Source of the DNA: Amphiscolops sp. MND2022 | Taxonomy: Eukaryota | Reading direction: 5' to 3' | Assembly (NCBI GenBank): GCA_964187785.1 | Contig: OZ076409.1 | Span: forward strand, 13,270,001 to 13,334,000 | Length of the DNA: 64,000 nt | Shown: one piece after another, positions 42,080 to 54,235 of the stretch | Layout: every line of letters starts with the position of its first letter | Position numbering within the stretch: the first letter of the stretch is position 1 | Made by a program: the position numbers and the translations under genes | The notes under the pieces: model-generated | Told to the model about the DNA's origin: nothing | The model's database searches: none | Seen by the model: only the letters and a program-made list of their open reading frames with translations

Positions 42080-42860
42080 GCAATTTTCGGCTTCTTTTCT
42101 GCAGACCCCCCCCGCCTACATTTTTTTGGGAAATTCTTGTAAAAAATATTAGAATAAAAAGACTTAGAACTAATTATTATTTTCAGGGTGACAGTTTAGA
42201 ATTAAGATTCAAGCTTTGTTCACGCACTTTTTTCTTATGAAGTCTCGCATTCTTGATGAGAAATCAACAGTTTAGGGTTTTGAGTCACAAAAACAATTAA
42301 TTTTTAACAATCACAGTCAGAAAATGTGAAAAATCTTTTGTTCGTAGAAGTTAACTTCCTGTTATGGAAAAATTCATTTTTTAAATCGGCCTGTTTGAAT
42401 TTTTTTGTAAATTGTTCTCGAAAAATTTCAATGGTGGTGGGGGGAGAGAGAGAAGAAAGCCTTTTACATTTGTGCAGTTCATAAAATTTCGCTTTATTAC
42501 GAGCTCTAGACTTCGAAATCAACGGACACATTATATCTTGCATGGACTACTATCTGTGATTCTTTCTGACTCATTTCAATCTTCAGAACTCTCATTCCAC
42601 AAAAACAATGATCCATTTTCCCCTTGAGATTTTCATTGTTTCCAAATACGACTGTCACATGCTTCATTTTGGAAGTCTCGAAGCAAATTAATTTTACTGC
42701 TGAAACGGGCAAAGATAAATGAATCATTCTCGTTGGAGGTAGAGTTCTCGAAATTGACAAATGATGCTTTTGACCGTGGATACCGCATTCAAAATTGTCA
42801 CTTTTCTTGATACTTCCCTTTTAGTCGGCACTTCCGCTAGAAAACTCAGACTATAGTCGC

Positions 42861-43442
42861 TTTTTTTAGTCGGCGCTTCATGAAGTGAAACGCGACTATT
42901 ATAGTGACTCTTTTTTTCTATCCACACGAACTGACCAAAATAATTCTTAAAAGTTCTACAAAATATTATTGCACCAAATTGCACTATTTGGTCTAGCGAA
43001 CTGAACCAAAAAGGTTTTTCCTGTTTTCCCGCGTAACATACCATACCGGGCGAGACCAAAGGGTCCCCCCTTTCAATTTTTTTTGGCACTGCGAGACTTT
43101 TTTTTCGGTAAAAAAATTTCCCCAAAGGGTCCCCCCTTCAATTTTTTTTGCTGTTTTGCGACAGAATAGATGTTGGAAAATCCCAAAGGGTTCCCCTTTT
43201 TTTCAAAAATTTGTTTTTTCTCCAAAGGGTCCCCCCTTCAACTGCGACAAAAATGTTGACAATTTCGGAAGTATCCGCCTTTTAGCGCGCCAGGGGCTCG
43301 CGCTAGCGGGCCCCGGCGCGCCACTCGGTTCATATTTTTTGCTTTTTCGATTTTCGAGTAGTGCAAATTGACACTTGGAAGACCTTTTCCTATTTTTGAG
43401 CCTTGGACATGGCGCCAACTTGGGCCGGTCGCGGCTTGTTTT
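42861..43442 (+). mobile_element. Non-autonomous Helentron-like element, subfamily B, apparently nested in an older family member
   Basis: TTTTTTTAGTCGGCGC start; GGCGCCAACTT GGGCCG-GTCG-CGGCTT GTT end. Preceded by another TTTTAGTCGGCAC 5' end at ~42819. Confidence 0.75.
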
Positions 43443-45472
43443 CAAGACTAGCGAACTAAAAGATCTCATTAACTTACTTTCTATAACTTGCCGCTTAAGG
43501 ACAGCCACGCTTAGCAAAGGTACACGGGTTCAAGTCCCGGGATGGCCATTTTTTTCATTTTCGCGCAAAGGGAATGAGACAAAAGGGTCCCTCTCCCCAC
43601 TTTGGATTTTTCTTCTACTTTTTTTCGAAAAAAAAATTGATCAAAGGATACACTTTGATATTTTCAGTTTGGAAAAAAATGCTTCGAGAGCTCAAATATT
43701 CTCAGTTTGGATTTATCGGCACAGTTTGGATTTTTCAAAAAACTTTCAAAGAAGACACTTTTCGAAGACATTTTTGATGTTTCAAGTAGAGGAAAAAGTG
43801 GTTCCCGACTCTCATCGATACCTGTATCTCTTAGCAATTTAATAGAGTTTTCCATACTTCTACACCTTCTCCAATTGTAGATTCTTTTTGGAATGTGTCC
43901 AATGCGACCCCTGCGGGTTTCACGCGAGTTTCAAGCTGCGAACACTCTCCACATTGTTGAAAAATTATTGGATCTATCAAAACTTTTACCACAGTGTTGG
44001 TTGAGTTGGCGGAAAAATAAGTTATATGGCTTTCAGCTTTTGCTACACAGTGACGTACCATTCGAGAAGACGCACAGTTGAATTCCATCTAACGACTGAC
44101 GATACACGAGGAAGGTAGCTGAGTGCCTCTGAAAATTCCGCAATGTCTATTTTTCGTTGCATTAAATTTCTGTTGCACGTCTACGCGAGCGATACAAATG
44201 ATGATTCAATGTTTCCGCGGTAATATGAAGTGATTTTTTCATTTACTCCAGTGAAATCGTAGTGCAATTTGAGGCTTTAATGGTTTAAAGTTTAAAGCCT
44301 TTGTCTTAAACATGTTTCAAACATAGGTTTTTTTAAAAATCCAACCCTCCATAGCGATCTTCAATGTCTTCAGGATTTGGTATAAGCAGGTTCAAATTAC
44401 GTTAATTTCCGTTCAGTTTTGTGTTAAATTCCTTTCGTTTGAAAATTGGACGTCAAAATGTACTAGAATTTACGTCACCACAAAAGAAGGCCATTGCACA
44501 AATCTCTTGATTTTAAAAAAAACTACAAATGTGGCACAAATCTTTGAAGAATCGCATGAAAAATCAGCATTATCTCTAATATTCTTTCGGACACAATCAA
44601 GATCGAAAACAAAACATTTTGAAACCCCAGAAAAAGTTCCGAATATTTCTCAAGCAAAAAATCAAACGAATAGACTTTTGGTAGTCTATTTTTGGTATTT
44701 CAACATTCCAGGCCTCCGTGACAATAATTCTTGACAGACAGATATACTTTGCAGTTGCATCGCATCGAAAGACGATCCAACTTTACCGTTGGAAAACAAA
44801 CCCTACCCTGAGAAAAGGTCTCAAAATTTTTCCAGAAAACTGGAATGGTGTGGGATGCTCTGTCGAGAGATACTTTGCATGTTTATCTGCAGAAATAGCG
44901 CAAATGTCAACTCAGCTGTACAGGGGTAGCGTTATTTTAGGACGCTATTTCCGTGTTGAAAAACAATGGCAGTTCCTACTATAAGAGGGACTCGGCATGG
45001 CTAGAAAAGCAAAAACCAATGCAATTTGAATCTGTATTTCTATACAAGACAGGCACTAAAACGTTTTTTAGCTTCGGAATGGCCCACAAACGTGCCACTT
45101 TGGCACTATCCATTGCCCTAAAATATCATTTTTCAACAAGTTGTCACTATTTGGAAAATAATCCAGAAAATTATCCTGTTGGTTTCTTTATTTACCTTTT
45201 ATACATTTCCCTTCCAGTACGGACATCTTCAGTATGGTGCAGTAATAACACAAATTCTCAGTTTTTCGGCATCGTAGTACTAATGAAAAATGACCCATTT
45301 TCTTCTTGAAGGGTTCATTTCTATTTCAAAATACAGTTCCCACAGCTTTAGCGCTACGTAAAAACGGTTGATCAACATAATTTTTACTGAGAAAATTTCT
45401 AATGTGTATTTATCACAAACAAATCAGCAGATTTAGCAACAAAGTCAAGACAAAAAGGGAAGATAAATTAAA

Positions 45473-46558
45473 TTACAAAACAGCAAATTGCTGATAAAGA
45501 AGTTCTCTAACTTGGTAGTATTCTTCACATAAACAACCTTCAATAGAAATATGACCACTTTTCAGTCTTTTGATGGCAACTTTGCTATTGACCACTAAAA
45601 CACCCATTATAAATTCTGCAGAAAGTCCATTTTTAGTCAAAATTAGCTTGAACTCATTGAGTCTGACTTCGTTGACAAAAACAGTGTCATGAGACGAGGT
45701 CGAAGTAATTTTCACATCAGCCGCTTTTTGAAGAAGAGGAACTTTGGACGGGTCTCGATCTTGGCCTGAGTACATATCTGATGAATCCTGGAACTCCTTT
45801 TCATCCTCTCCAGCTATTATTCCATCGACCCACGTCAGCTCGATTCCCTTCACTTTGTTCCAGTCCAACCCAGCCATCAAGTTATCAGTGAGCTTCACTT
45901 GATAGATGAAACTTTCGAGCGTAGCGTCCACGGTTTCTCCGTATTTGGGTATCAACGCGCTCAACTGTACTTTGGCGTCATTCAGACAGTAATCGACAAC
46001 TGCTTTGGCAGACGCCTCGGAGCTTCGAACAAGGATAAGTTGTCTGGGTTTACAGTGGGCGATGATCTTCTTCACGGAATCTCCGTCACTTCTTCCCTCA
46101 TAGTCAATGAACGCATGTTTGCATTTGATTTTCAAACTTTTCTTCTCGAAAACACACTTTGTTGGCTTCTCTTCGATTCCTGGCAGATCAGCCACATTCA
46201 TATGTTCCTCCACTACATTCTCTCGCTCTTTGGCGATCAAATCAGGGTCGCAAAACTCATCGGGGTTGATGATTTCCCCGTAATCGTCCCACTTGATGAC
46301 GCGATCGCGATGAGGAAACATGACGTGGGACTTTTTCGTGGGTTTGAACACACTGGGTTTGTTGCAGTCAGTGTCGACATAAAAATCGCGAGACCTGTTT
46401 TTCCACAATTTTTCAATAAGAACCTCCTCGTTCTCTTCATCGCTGGAATCCCCCAAGTGTCGACGTCTTCCGGCCATATCATCGTCATCAGTTCCATCAT
46501 CGTCAATCTCCATGGATTCTTCCAAACTCTTGCCTTGCGACAAGTTAGCTTCTTTCTC
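45473..46558 (-). CDS. CPSF2: CPSF subunit 2 (CPSF100), exon 4 (last)
   Basis: MFP..KWDDYGEIINP, PTKC, IDYEGRSDGDS.KKII..KPRQLILV, IEGCLCEEYYQVRELLYQQFAVL*. TTTTCAG acceptor, phase 0. Confidence 0.97.
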   Translation of the reverse strand, partial: EKEANLSQGKSLEESMEIDDDGTDDDDMAGRRRHLGDSSDEENEEVLIEKLWKNRSRDFYVDTDCNKPSVFKPTKKSHVMFPHRDRVIKWDDYGEIINPDEFCDPDLIAKERENVVEEHMNVADLPGIEEKPTKCVFEKKSLKIKCKHAFIDYEGRSDGDSVKKIIAHCKPRQLILVRSSEASAKAVVDYCLNDAKVQLSALIPKYGETVDATLESFIYQVKLTDNLMAGLDWNKVKGIELTWVDGIIAGEDEKEFQDSSDMYSGQDRDPSKVPLLQKAADVKITSTSSHDTVFVNEVRLNEFKLILTKNGLSAEFIMGVLVVNSKVAIKRLKSGHISIEGCLCEEYYQVRELLYQQFAVL

Positions 46559-46652
46559 CTGAAAACCACAGATGTCAGATGAAAATAACTACACAAGATA
46601 ACAGCGTCATTTATTCACATGAGGAAGCGCTGTCACGTTCACAATTGACTGA

Positions 46653-47074
46653 AACAAGCCGGGAACGGCCCAAGTCGGCGCCATATCTAAGGCTCAAAAA
46701 TAGCAAAAGGACTTCAAAATGTCAAAGTATTGGTGAATTGGGGACCCTTCTATGGAAAAAAAATATGAAACAAAATCTCACAATGCCGAAAAAAAACTTA
46801 AAGGGGGGACCATTTGGGATTTTTCAACATCCATTCTGTCGCAGATCATCGAAAAAATGAAGGGGGGACCCTTTAGTCTCGCCCGGTAATGTATGTTACG
46901 CGGAAAGAAGGAAAAACCTTTTTGGTTTAGTTCCCTGGGCCAACAGGTGAAATTTGAAACTTTGTAGAACTTTTGGTAGAACTATTTTGGTCAGTTCAGG
47001 TGGTCTTAAAAAACACTGACGAAAAGCCATGACTATAGTCGACTCTTTTCTCAAGAAAAGCGCCGACTAAAAAA
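46653..47074 (-). mobile_element. Non-autonomous Helentron-like element in CPSF2 intron 3
   Basis: Minus: TTTTTTAGTCGGCGC start; GGCGCCGACTT GGGCCG-TTCC-CGGCTT GTT end. Confidence 0.75.
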
Positions 47075-47276
47075 CTTACCAAATTACTCTGATAAAAAAC
47101 AACTATGACATGGGCGTTATTTCTTCGTTTTTAAATGACCCAAACATTCCAGTCTCAAACATTTTATAGCCAACATCGCGAAAATGGTCAAGACGAGATT
47201 TATTTTTCCAACCAGGACAAAAAGTGTGAACAACGAGTCTAGAAATTTGTACATGAAGTGCATAATTGTTGAATAC

Positions 47277-47604
47277 CTTTTTAGCCAAGTATTGTTCTAA
47301 CTCAGCTCCTTCGAGTGGAACTCGTTTTTTCACGTCTATGGCCACTGCCTTGGTTTCCGGACGGTCAATGAGCAGTCGTGCCAAAGTACCTTGACCCGTC
47401 CTCTGAGTGAATATGACGCAATTTTTGGGATCTTGGCACCACTGGACGAAGAGGTCTTTGGCGAATCCAGATTGCAAGTCTGGCTGAGTAGCCAGGACAA
47501 CTTTTGGGTCCGTCAACTTGGTAAGGTCTTGGAGGCTGTGACAGGGCTTCAGATGTTTGAATGCAAAAGGATTTGTTCTGTCTGATTCAAATTGCGACAT
47601 CAGT
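47277..47604 (-). CDS. CPSF2: CPSF2 exon 3
   Basis: [66 protein letters not shown] acceptor, GTATTC donor. Confidence 0.97.
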
Positions 47605-47714
47605 CTAAAGCAAAAAAATTTTACTGTAAACACCCGTCAACTCATAAAATTTAGCAAAGATTCGTTCAAAAATCTTTCAATTGTATATCAACAGCATGTT
47701 TCAGACTTGAACGT

Positions 47715-47995
47715 GAAGGTTATTCGAGACAGTTTCTGGCTAGCAGAACTCTCCCAAAATTTGAACAGTCCGATGTTAGGAATTTTGATTGACATCATTT
47801 GCTCGATAATTTTTAAAATATATATTCTTAAAATTCGATCCCAAAATTTAAACTTTACGATGTTAGGAATTTTGTTTGGCATCATTTGTTTGATAATTTT
47901 TAAAATTATTCCCAAATTCCATCAAAAATTTAAACTGGCTGATGCTAAGAATGTCGGTTGTCTTCATTTGGCTGATAAATTTTATCAAAATCAGA
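47715..47995. repeat. Intronic repeat with internal ~88-bp tandem units, also present at ~54835-55080
   Basis: CCCAAAATTT.AAC...CGATGTTAG.A.TTT.GA/TTGGCA.CATTTGTTTGATAATTTTTAAAA occurs in both places. Confidence 0.75.
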
Positions 47996-48028
47996 TGTAA
48001 TCAGATTTCTAAATTTGATAAATATCAC

Positions 48029-48513
48029 CTGTCACTCATCCACTCCATTTGACTCTTTGCAAACTCTAGCACATTGTAGCTCATGTTGCTGAGGAATGCG
48101 AGCGAGTACTGATTGAGTCCGGACTCTTCATTCTTCCACAGGTTATCCAGCAGTTGAGCCATTTCCAGCACCCTGCCAGCAGTGTCTATGCAGATGAGCA
48201 CGTTGCCTCGCTCCCGCAAAGTGCTCATTATGTTCACAGTCAGCTTCTCGTCCCTAACTGGTCGCTTTTCCGGGAAGTAGCAGCCGTTGACGGCGTCAGT
48301 GATGAGAATGTGTGATCTCGACATCACATCCATCGTACAGCCATTCAAATGTCTCTCTCGTTTGTGGTTGTAGTCCACGGCGTAAACAACATCCTCCTCG
48401 CCATCTTTGGTGATCTTCCAAATGGCACCGCCCACTAAATGACCCGCGGGGTAGGCCACTATGGTCAAGCCCTCTCCTTTGCCCTTCAAGCTGATTGGTT
48501 CTTGGTATTTGAC
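48029..48513 (-). CDS. CPSF2: CPSF2 exon 2
   Basis: [60 protein letters not shown] acceptor, GTGATA donor. Confidence 0.97.
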
Positions 48514-48574
48514 CTAAAATATGACAGTCTAACAAAAACTTCTCAACACTCACAGACTTTTTTCATAGAATAAA

Positions 48575-49383
48575 GGACTGGAGCGGACCAAGTTGGAACC
48601 CAGCTTGAGGCTCAGAAACCGCAGAGATTTTTCAATATGCTCAAGAACAATCATTGAGGAACTCTCATTAACCTCACAGTACCAAAAAATACCCAAAAGG
48701 GACCTTTTGAGACTCGATAAACGTTTTTTCCCCAACAGAAAACGTTAAAAAAATTGCCGAAAACACACAAAGCGGAGACCCTTCGAAGCAACGAACTTAT
48801 GAATCCCAATAGCTGTCACTATGCATCCGAGGTAACCACTAGACCAAGCGGCGGGACAGACGGCTTCGCCGGGCCTTTCAAATGCCGGTCGTACTCATAA
48901 CTGAAGCTTCATTGAAAAAACTTCTATGTGGATTTTCAATGGTGGCCTACTGTGTTACTAGAGTGGGGCAGTAACTTAGCAAACAGTTGTTCAGTTATAG
49001 ACAAAAGGTAATTTTTTAAATGTAATTTTTTGTAAATTTTAACTTTTTTCCAGTTACTTTTTTGCCGATAGCTCGGAAAAAACTATATTGACACACAGCA
49101 ACTCACCACACTTAGTCCAAAAGATTAACGATAAGAAAGCAATTTTTTGTTCTCCTTTTACGAAAAAATCCCTGTCCTCGTTTGAGGACGAAATCACTGT
49201 CGAGGTTAAAAAGCCACTCTCAGAGTTGGAACCGGGTTTGAAAACGGGTCTGTGTTTCGATAGGTTTAGAACAAAAATGGTCCGAATTATATTCATTTTC
49301 TGTCTATTAGTAGGAGTTTCAAAAGCATTGACCGGGCATGGCCACTACTAAAGTCTTTTGTAACGACGGCGCCGACTAACAAA
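48575..49383 (-). mobile_element. Diverged Helentron-like element in CPSF2 intron 1
   Basis: GGCGCCGACTAAC at ~49368-49380 and a degenerate GGACCAAGTTGG..GAGGCTCAG end at ~48586-48615. Confidence 0.5.
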
Positions 49384-49563
49384 TAAGATCCACCGGAAAA
49401 TATTTCAAGAAAAAATTATAAACTTCAACACTGAAATTTTTACCACTAAATGGGTCTTTTGTTACCTCTTTGTCGACTCCTACCTTGAAACCTTTTCTTG
49501 TTTGTAAAAGTTCGTTTGTAAAGCCTTTTCTTGTTTGTTTAATTGTAAAATTTCTCTATTAAC

Positions 49564-49947
49564 CTGGGTCATTTTTTCGAAAGCATTGTCTATGTCATCA
49601 AGAGAGAAAAGGTTGAAATCTTCGTAGTTATTTCTGGACTGGAACATGTCATACATGAACATCTGGCCCATTTTGTAGACAGGCACAGTCGCGTATATCT
49701 CACAGTCCAGTTTCAGTTTTCCCACCAGATACGGAAGTGCCCCCAGGTGCGCAAAGTCAGGGTACGTGATGAGCACGCAGTCAATCTGGGGGATCCGAGG
49801 AGTAATGCGCTCAATGAGCCCAGTGGACAACCTCTCATCCCACCCACAGTCCAACAGAATATTGTAATCATCTATTTGCAGCAAAAAACAAGGAGGCGAG
49901 TCATCTTTCGCTCCCGAAAGAGCTGTCAATTTCACAATTGACGTCAT
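49564..49947 (-). CDS. CPSF2: CPSF2 exon 1
   Basis: [63 protein letters not shown]. The four exons sum to 2283 nt = 760 aa + stop. Confidence 0.97.
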
Positions 49948-50740
49948 TCGGTCGTATTAATTACAAACATTTGGCCAAATCATCTGAAAAAACGCTTAAC
50001 TGAAAAAGGTTTGAAACAGGTGAATTATTGTTTCATATCTTCAACTATACCTGCTGCTCAAAAAATTGCGCCAAGACTGTGACCAGTCAAAGTAATCAGA
50101 GTTGATTTGGGAAAGTGTCAATGATTTAGATTTGCTTCGAAGAGGAGAAACATGGTTGTTTGAAAACCTTTATGGCCAAAAATGAACCGTTTGCGAGGTC
50201 AATGAAATACCTCTCAGAGGTAGCACATTTGAATTGTTTGTAAATTTGGATCGAGCGGGAAAAATCGATCATATTCCAAAAAGTCCATCTGGCAACCGGC
50301 GTTTTCTCTAAATTTTTATTCTAAGAAGAGTTTCTTCTACAGAAATTAACAGCGAAAAAATAAAATTCATAGCATTTGTAGTTGTGAAGATGTCTGAACT
50401 TTTAAAAAGCTAAAATTGTAAAATAAGTGATTTCAGAAGAATTTTTCAAGTTTTTTATAGAATTTAAATATGTGGTTGCTAAAAATCGGAGGTCGGAAAA
50501 TCAGCCAGTTTTTAAAACCTTATATTTGATCAAGTCCCGAAAAAAACATCGTAAAACTAAAACTATGATTAAAAAACTATGACAGAAAACTTCCGTTGCA
50601 GACTAACATAGTTTCGCTTCGCACGGTCCCCATTAATTATGACAGAAAACTGGCGAAAAACAAAGGTAGAATAGAGCTGTTGATTTCATCATCGAAAAAA
50701 TTCGAAAACAAGTTTATTGGAAAAAATACAAAAGGGGAAA

Positions 50741-53700
50741 TCAGCTAGGGGCGGAACCTCTCCCCATAGTTCTATACAGCTTTTTTCGTAACTCTTTATT
50801 CCGTTGCTCTTTTCGCTGTTCAATTCTCTCCAACTGTTTTTTCCTGAGTGCCAATTTCGCTTCTTTCTGTTTTTCATGTTCTCGTTTTCTATCAGCATGA
50901 ACTCCCCGGATTTCGTTGAGCAATGCCGCCATTTTTCTTTCGTGGGGTTCCTTCACAACTAACTTCTTCTGTTTGGGTTGCGTCATAAACTTCGGTTTTA
51001 CATGGAACGGAAGGCTCTTTTGTAGATTAGCTGATAAGTCCAATGGTCTGTGTTTCACAGGAAGCCGTTCCGGTAAGTTATGATAAACTGAATCTGGATT
51101 CGATGGAACAGTGAGTCCTCTTTCGTACCGTACTTGACCAGTTTTCTTCATTCCATAATCAAACTGTTCGCGATTTCCAGAGCTATTGAGTAAGTTGAAA
51201 ACAGGAAGATACAACTGAGGTAAATCAACGGGATACCAACTTCGCAAAAAAATGACATCCGATTTAAGGATTTTATCAGCAAAAGTGGCTCGAAAAGCGC
51301 CTTCTGGTTCTTTCAGAGGTTTCTTGATTTGACCTTTGATACCACTGACGGTTCGGATATTAGCACCAACGAATTTACTCACTTCGATCTCACTGTTGAA
51401 CATTCCAGTTACAAAAGCAGTTTTTCTCTTAATTGTGTGGCAATGGCCAATTAATTTCAGTTTCTTAACTATACTTGTAGACTTGTCGAGGTCCAACACG
51501 CTTCCAGTGGCGGTTATTCTGAAGTTTGGGGTAGTCCTGTCAATGTTATTCACCATGAGACACCCCGTTCCTTGTGGTACAATGGGTCCAAAAATAGTGG
51601 ACTGGCAATGCAAGTACTCGGGCGTGTACTTCAAAAACCTGTTTCGCATGTTATCATCTTGCATACTGTAAGTGCTCAGGGTTTGGTACCGACGCCATCC
51701 GATGCTGACAACAACGGGGTCATTCGATTTGAGGATTTTCCGGTGCCACTTATGTTTTCTAATTCGTAAGTTCAGGTACCCCACAGTGTTCTCAGACGGA
51801 CCCAGCCCTCCGACAACAACAGGGAAATTGGGATCAAAATTCTCGACGAACTCACATGGCATTCCTTTCAATTCTATTCGCAGGTACATACCAGCACGAT
51901 AGCCTTCGAACTGAACTCTCATTTTGGGATCTAAGTTATCAAACTCCTCCCTGTTCAAAACCTGCTGAGCAGAAACTTCAGACTTGAGTTCTTCGAAATA
52001 AGTATCCTGTTCGCGGCCTTCAGAGTCCGTGACTTTCCTCATCTGCTTTTTCTTCTTTTCATAATTTCGTTTTCGGATTTCGGCCTGAGTTTCACCAGAA
52101 ATAATGTTGTCATCTTCTTTTTCATTCTCCTCTTTTGTTTCATCATCTTCATTCTCATCTTCGCTCAGTTTCTCCAGATCTTCGATATCTGCTGCATGTG
52201 CAGCGTCGTCTGCTGCAAGCAACTTCTCGGCGTCTTCTTTGCCGAAGTCACCTGTAATGAAGCAGTTCCTAATGCTTGACTTTCGAGACTTGTGCAACCA
52301 TGATAAAATCTTCTTTCTCTTTTGTTGCCCAGAACTAGGCAACGTTACATCAACAGCGTTGACTCCTGAAGCATCGTCAATTGCATTTCTGATAGTGAAT
52401 AAACTCCCTACAACGTTTGAATCATCATCACCTTCGGATTCTTTCGGATGATCTACAGCTTCGGCATATATTATTTGTCTAAGGCGTCCACTTCGCTTCA
52501 CCCGATCTATATATTTCTCAGAAGCAAGTTGCTTCAGATTCCTTTTCCAGTTTAATGCACCATCATCGTCTATTGAATTATCCGAGGAGCTTCCGTCATC
52601 ACTTTGAGATGCTTTTTCTTCACGCGGGGTCCCTTCCGCAGGCATATCTTCATATTCATCGTCATTTTCACTTTCTGAGTTTTGCAATTCATTGTCTTCG
52701 TGATCATCGGAACCATCTTCACTATTCCAATTTTCTGCTTCTGCTTCATTCGTTTCAATTAACCTACGACGAATTCTTCCATCACTGCCCGGAACATTAC
52801 TATCGTCCCGATTCAAATCTTGGGAATCATTTTCACTACCATCATCCATTTCAGAATTTTCACTCTCGTTTCCGCTGTCTTCTATGTCGTCTTCGTCCTC
52901 ATCGCTTTCCCCTCCTTCGGAATTCTCGTTAACAGCTTCGAAATCTTGCGACTCCACTGGTTTTGAATCGTCAAAAAGAGCCAGTTGTGATTTTTTTAAC
53001 TTTTCTTCCAATGTTTCTTTTTCGCCCATCAATTCTTTGAATCTGAAACTTCTATTTCTGGCTTCTTCTGAAGACAATTCGTCTGGATTGAGCTGTCGAT
53101 GAGAATGGCTTCCGCCCAACTCGATGTAAACTGCATCTTTATCATAAACAATTCCTCCCACACCAGAGAAAGGAGAATATACTAAATGCTCTTTTTGATT
53201 CAAAACTCGTTTTTTGATCACTTGCGGCAACGGACAAGGATCTGGGAGAAATGAAACATCAGACATTTTGAAATCTCCACATCCAGGAATATGGATATCT
53301 TGATGTGGCTGAACGGGGCTTCCTCTAGCATAGCCGTAGAGACAGACAGTGCGATCACATTTTGGGTTCTCTCGGATTCTTTCAGCAGGAGTCATATCTT
53401 CCATTCGATCAGCCAGCAAATAAGAGTGAGTGTTCCGCCAACTAATAGGTCTGTTGAATTTCATGACAGTCACAAAACGGGCAAGATTATGAACTTCCCG
53501 CTTCAAGTATTCACCATTTACAAACTTGGTGAAATAAAACAATTTCGCTCCTTCGTAGACTTCTTCCCAAAAGCGTTTCTTCAACATTTTCTTGTTATTT
53601 TTCAGACTTTTGTTTTGTCGCATCGCATCAATATGAGTCAGGATCCCAATTATGCGAGGCATGCCGTGAACGTGGCACACCGATAAAAATTCGAAAGTTT

Positions 53701-54235
53701 CCATTTCAAAACCAAAACTGGCATCAATCAACAACAAAACAAGATCAGCAACTTTGGCCACATCGATCATGCTGCAAATGTCATTGTTGCATTCTATGAT
53801 AGTAAGCTTGGTCTTTTTGTTGACCACAACTGTGACAGGTCCTTTGATGGATACCAACTTGAGACTGGTGAATTTGCGCAAAAGACATTTGATCAAAGTG
53901 GTTTTACCAACTTTGGGCGCACCAACAACCGCGACTACTACGGGGGGTGCCTCCACAGAAACAGCATTTCTATCAATCACGGGCATTTTGTGTCTTTTGG
54001 TTTGGATGTCTTGAGTCCTAGTGAACTGCTTTTGCATCTTTTTAACGCTCTTCACTCCCATGCCCTTTCTGTTTCTCTGGATCTGGGCCGCCTTTTCTTT
54101 GGCAGCAGCCTCGGCTTTGTCTCCGCCGTCCAAATTGGATGTCTGTAGTCGTTTCTTCTTTTTCTCTATCTTCTTTTTAGACATGTTATGCTTCTTATTA
54201 GGCTTCTGGCCTTCGTCTCCGCCGTGGGCTGTCAT
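50741..54235 (-). CDS. BMS1: Ribosome biogenesis GTPase BMS1, single coding exon, 1164 aa
   Basis: PPVVVAVVGAPKVGKTTLI, MIDVAKVADLVLLLIDASFGFEMETFEFL, LPDPCPLP, EGYRAGMYLRIE, RFLKYTPE, IRTVSGIKGQIKK, GAFRATFADKILKSDVIFLRSW. AATAAA at 50713-50718. Confidence 0.98.
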   Translation of the reverse strand: MTAHGGDEGQKPNKKHNMSKKKIEKKKKRLQTSNLDGGDKAEAAAKEKAAQIQRNRKGMGVKSVKKMQKQFTRTQDIQTKRHKMPVIDRNAVSVEAPPVVVAVVGAPKVGKTTLIKCLLRKFTSLKLVSIKGPVTVVVNKKTKLTIIECNNDICSMIDVAKVADLVLLLIDASFGFEMETFEFLSVCHVHGMPRIIGILTHIDAMRQNKSLKNNKKMLKKRFWEEVYEGAKLFYFTKFVNGEYLKREVHNLARFVTVMKFNRPISWRNTHSYLLADRMEDMTPAERIRENPKCDRTVCLYGYARGSPVQPHQDIHIPGCGDFKMSDVSFLPDPCPLPQVIKKRVLNQKEHLVYSPFSGVGGIVYDKDAVYIELGGSHSHRQLNPDELSSEEARNRSFRFKELMGEKETLEEKLKKSQLALFDDSKPVESQDFEAVNENSEGGESDEDEDDIEDSGNESENSEMDDGSENDSQDLNRDDSNVPGSDGRIRRRLIETNEAEAENWNSEDGSDDHEDNELQNSESENDDEYEDMPAEGTPREEKASQSDDGSSSDNSIDDDGALNWKRNLKQLASEKYIDRVKRSGRLRQIIYAEAVDHPKESEGDDDSNVVGSLFTIRNAIDDASGVNAVDVTLPSSGQQKRKKILSWLHKSRKSSIRNCFITGDFGKEDAEKLLAADDAAHAADIEDLEKLSEDENEDDETKEENEKEDDNIISGETQAEIRKRNYEKKKKQMRKVTDSEGREQDTYFEELKSEVSAQQVLNREEFDNLDPKMRVQFEGYRAGMYLRIELKGMPCEFVENFDPNFPVVVGGLGPSENTVGYLNLRIRKHKWHRKILKSNDPVVVSIGWRRYQTLSTYSMQDDNMRNRFLKYTPEYLHCQSTIFGPIVPQGTGCLMVNNIDRTTPNFRITATGSVLDLDKSTSIVKKLKLIGHCHTIKRKTAFVTGMFNSEIEVSKFVGANIRTVSGIKGQIKKPLKEPEGAFRATFADKILKSDVIFLRSWYPVDLPQLYLPVFNLLNSSGNREQFDYGMKKTGQVRYERGLTVPSNPDSVYHNLPERLPVKHRPLDLSANLQKSLPFHVKPKFMTQPKQKKLVVKEPHERKMAALLNEIRGVHADRKREHEKQKEAKLALRKKQLERIEQRKEQRNKELRKKLYRTMGRGSAPS

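Noticed and set aside
44507..45309. Run of short overlapping plus-strand ORFs
   Set aside because: No recognisable motifs or consistent splice signals; cannot be supported as a gene.
45899..46582. 227-aa plus-strand ORF (and similar ORFs opposite BMS1)
   Set aside because: Antisense shadows of conserved coding exons with no recognisable domains.
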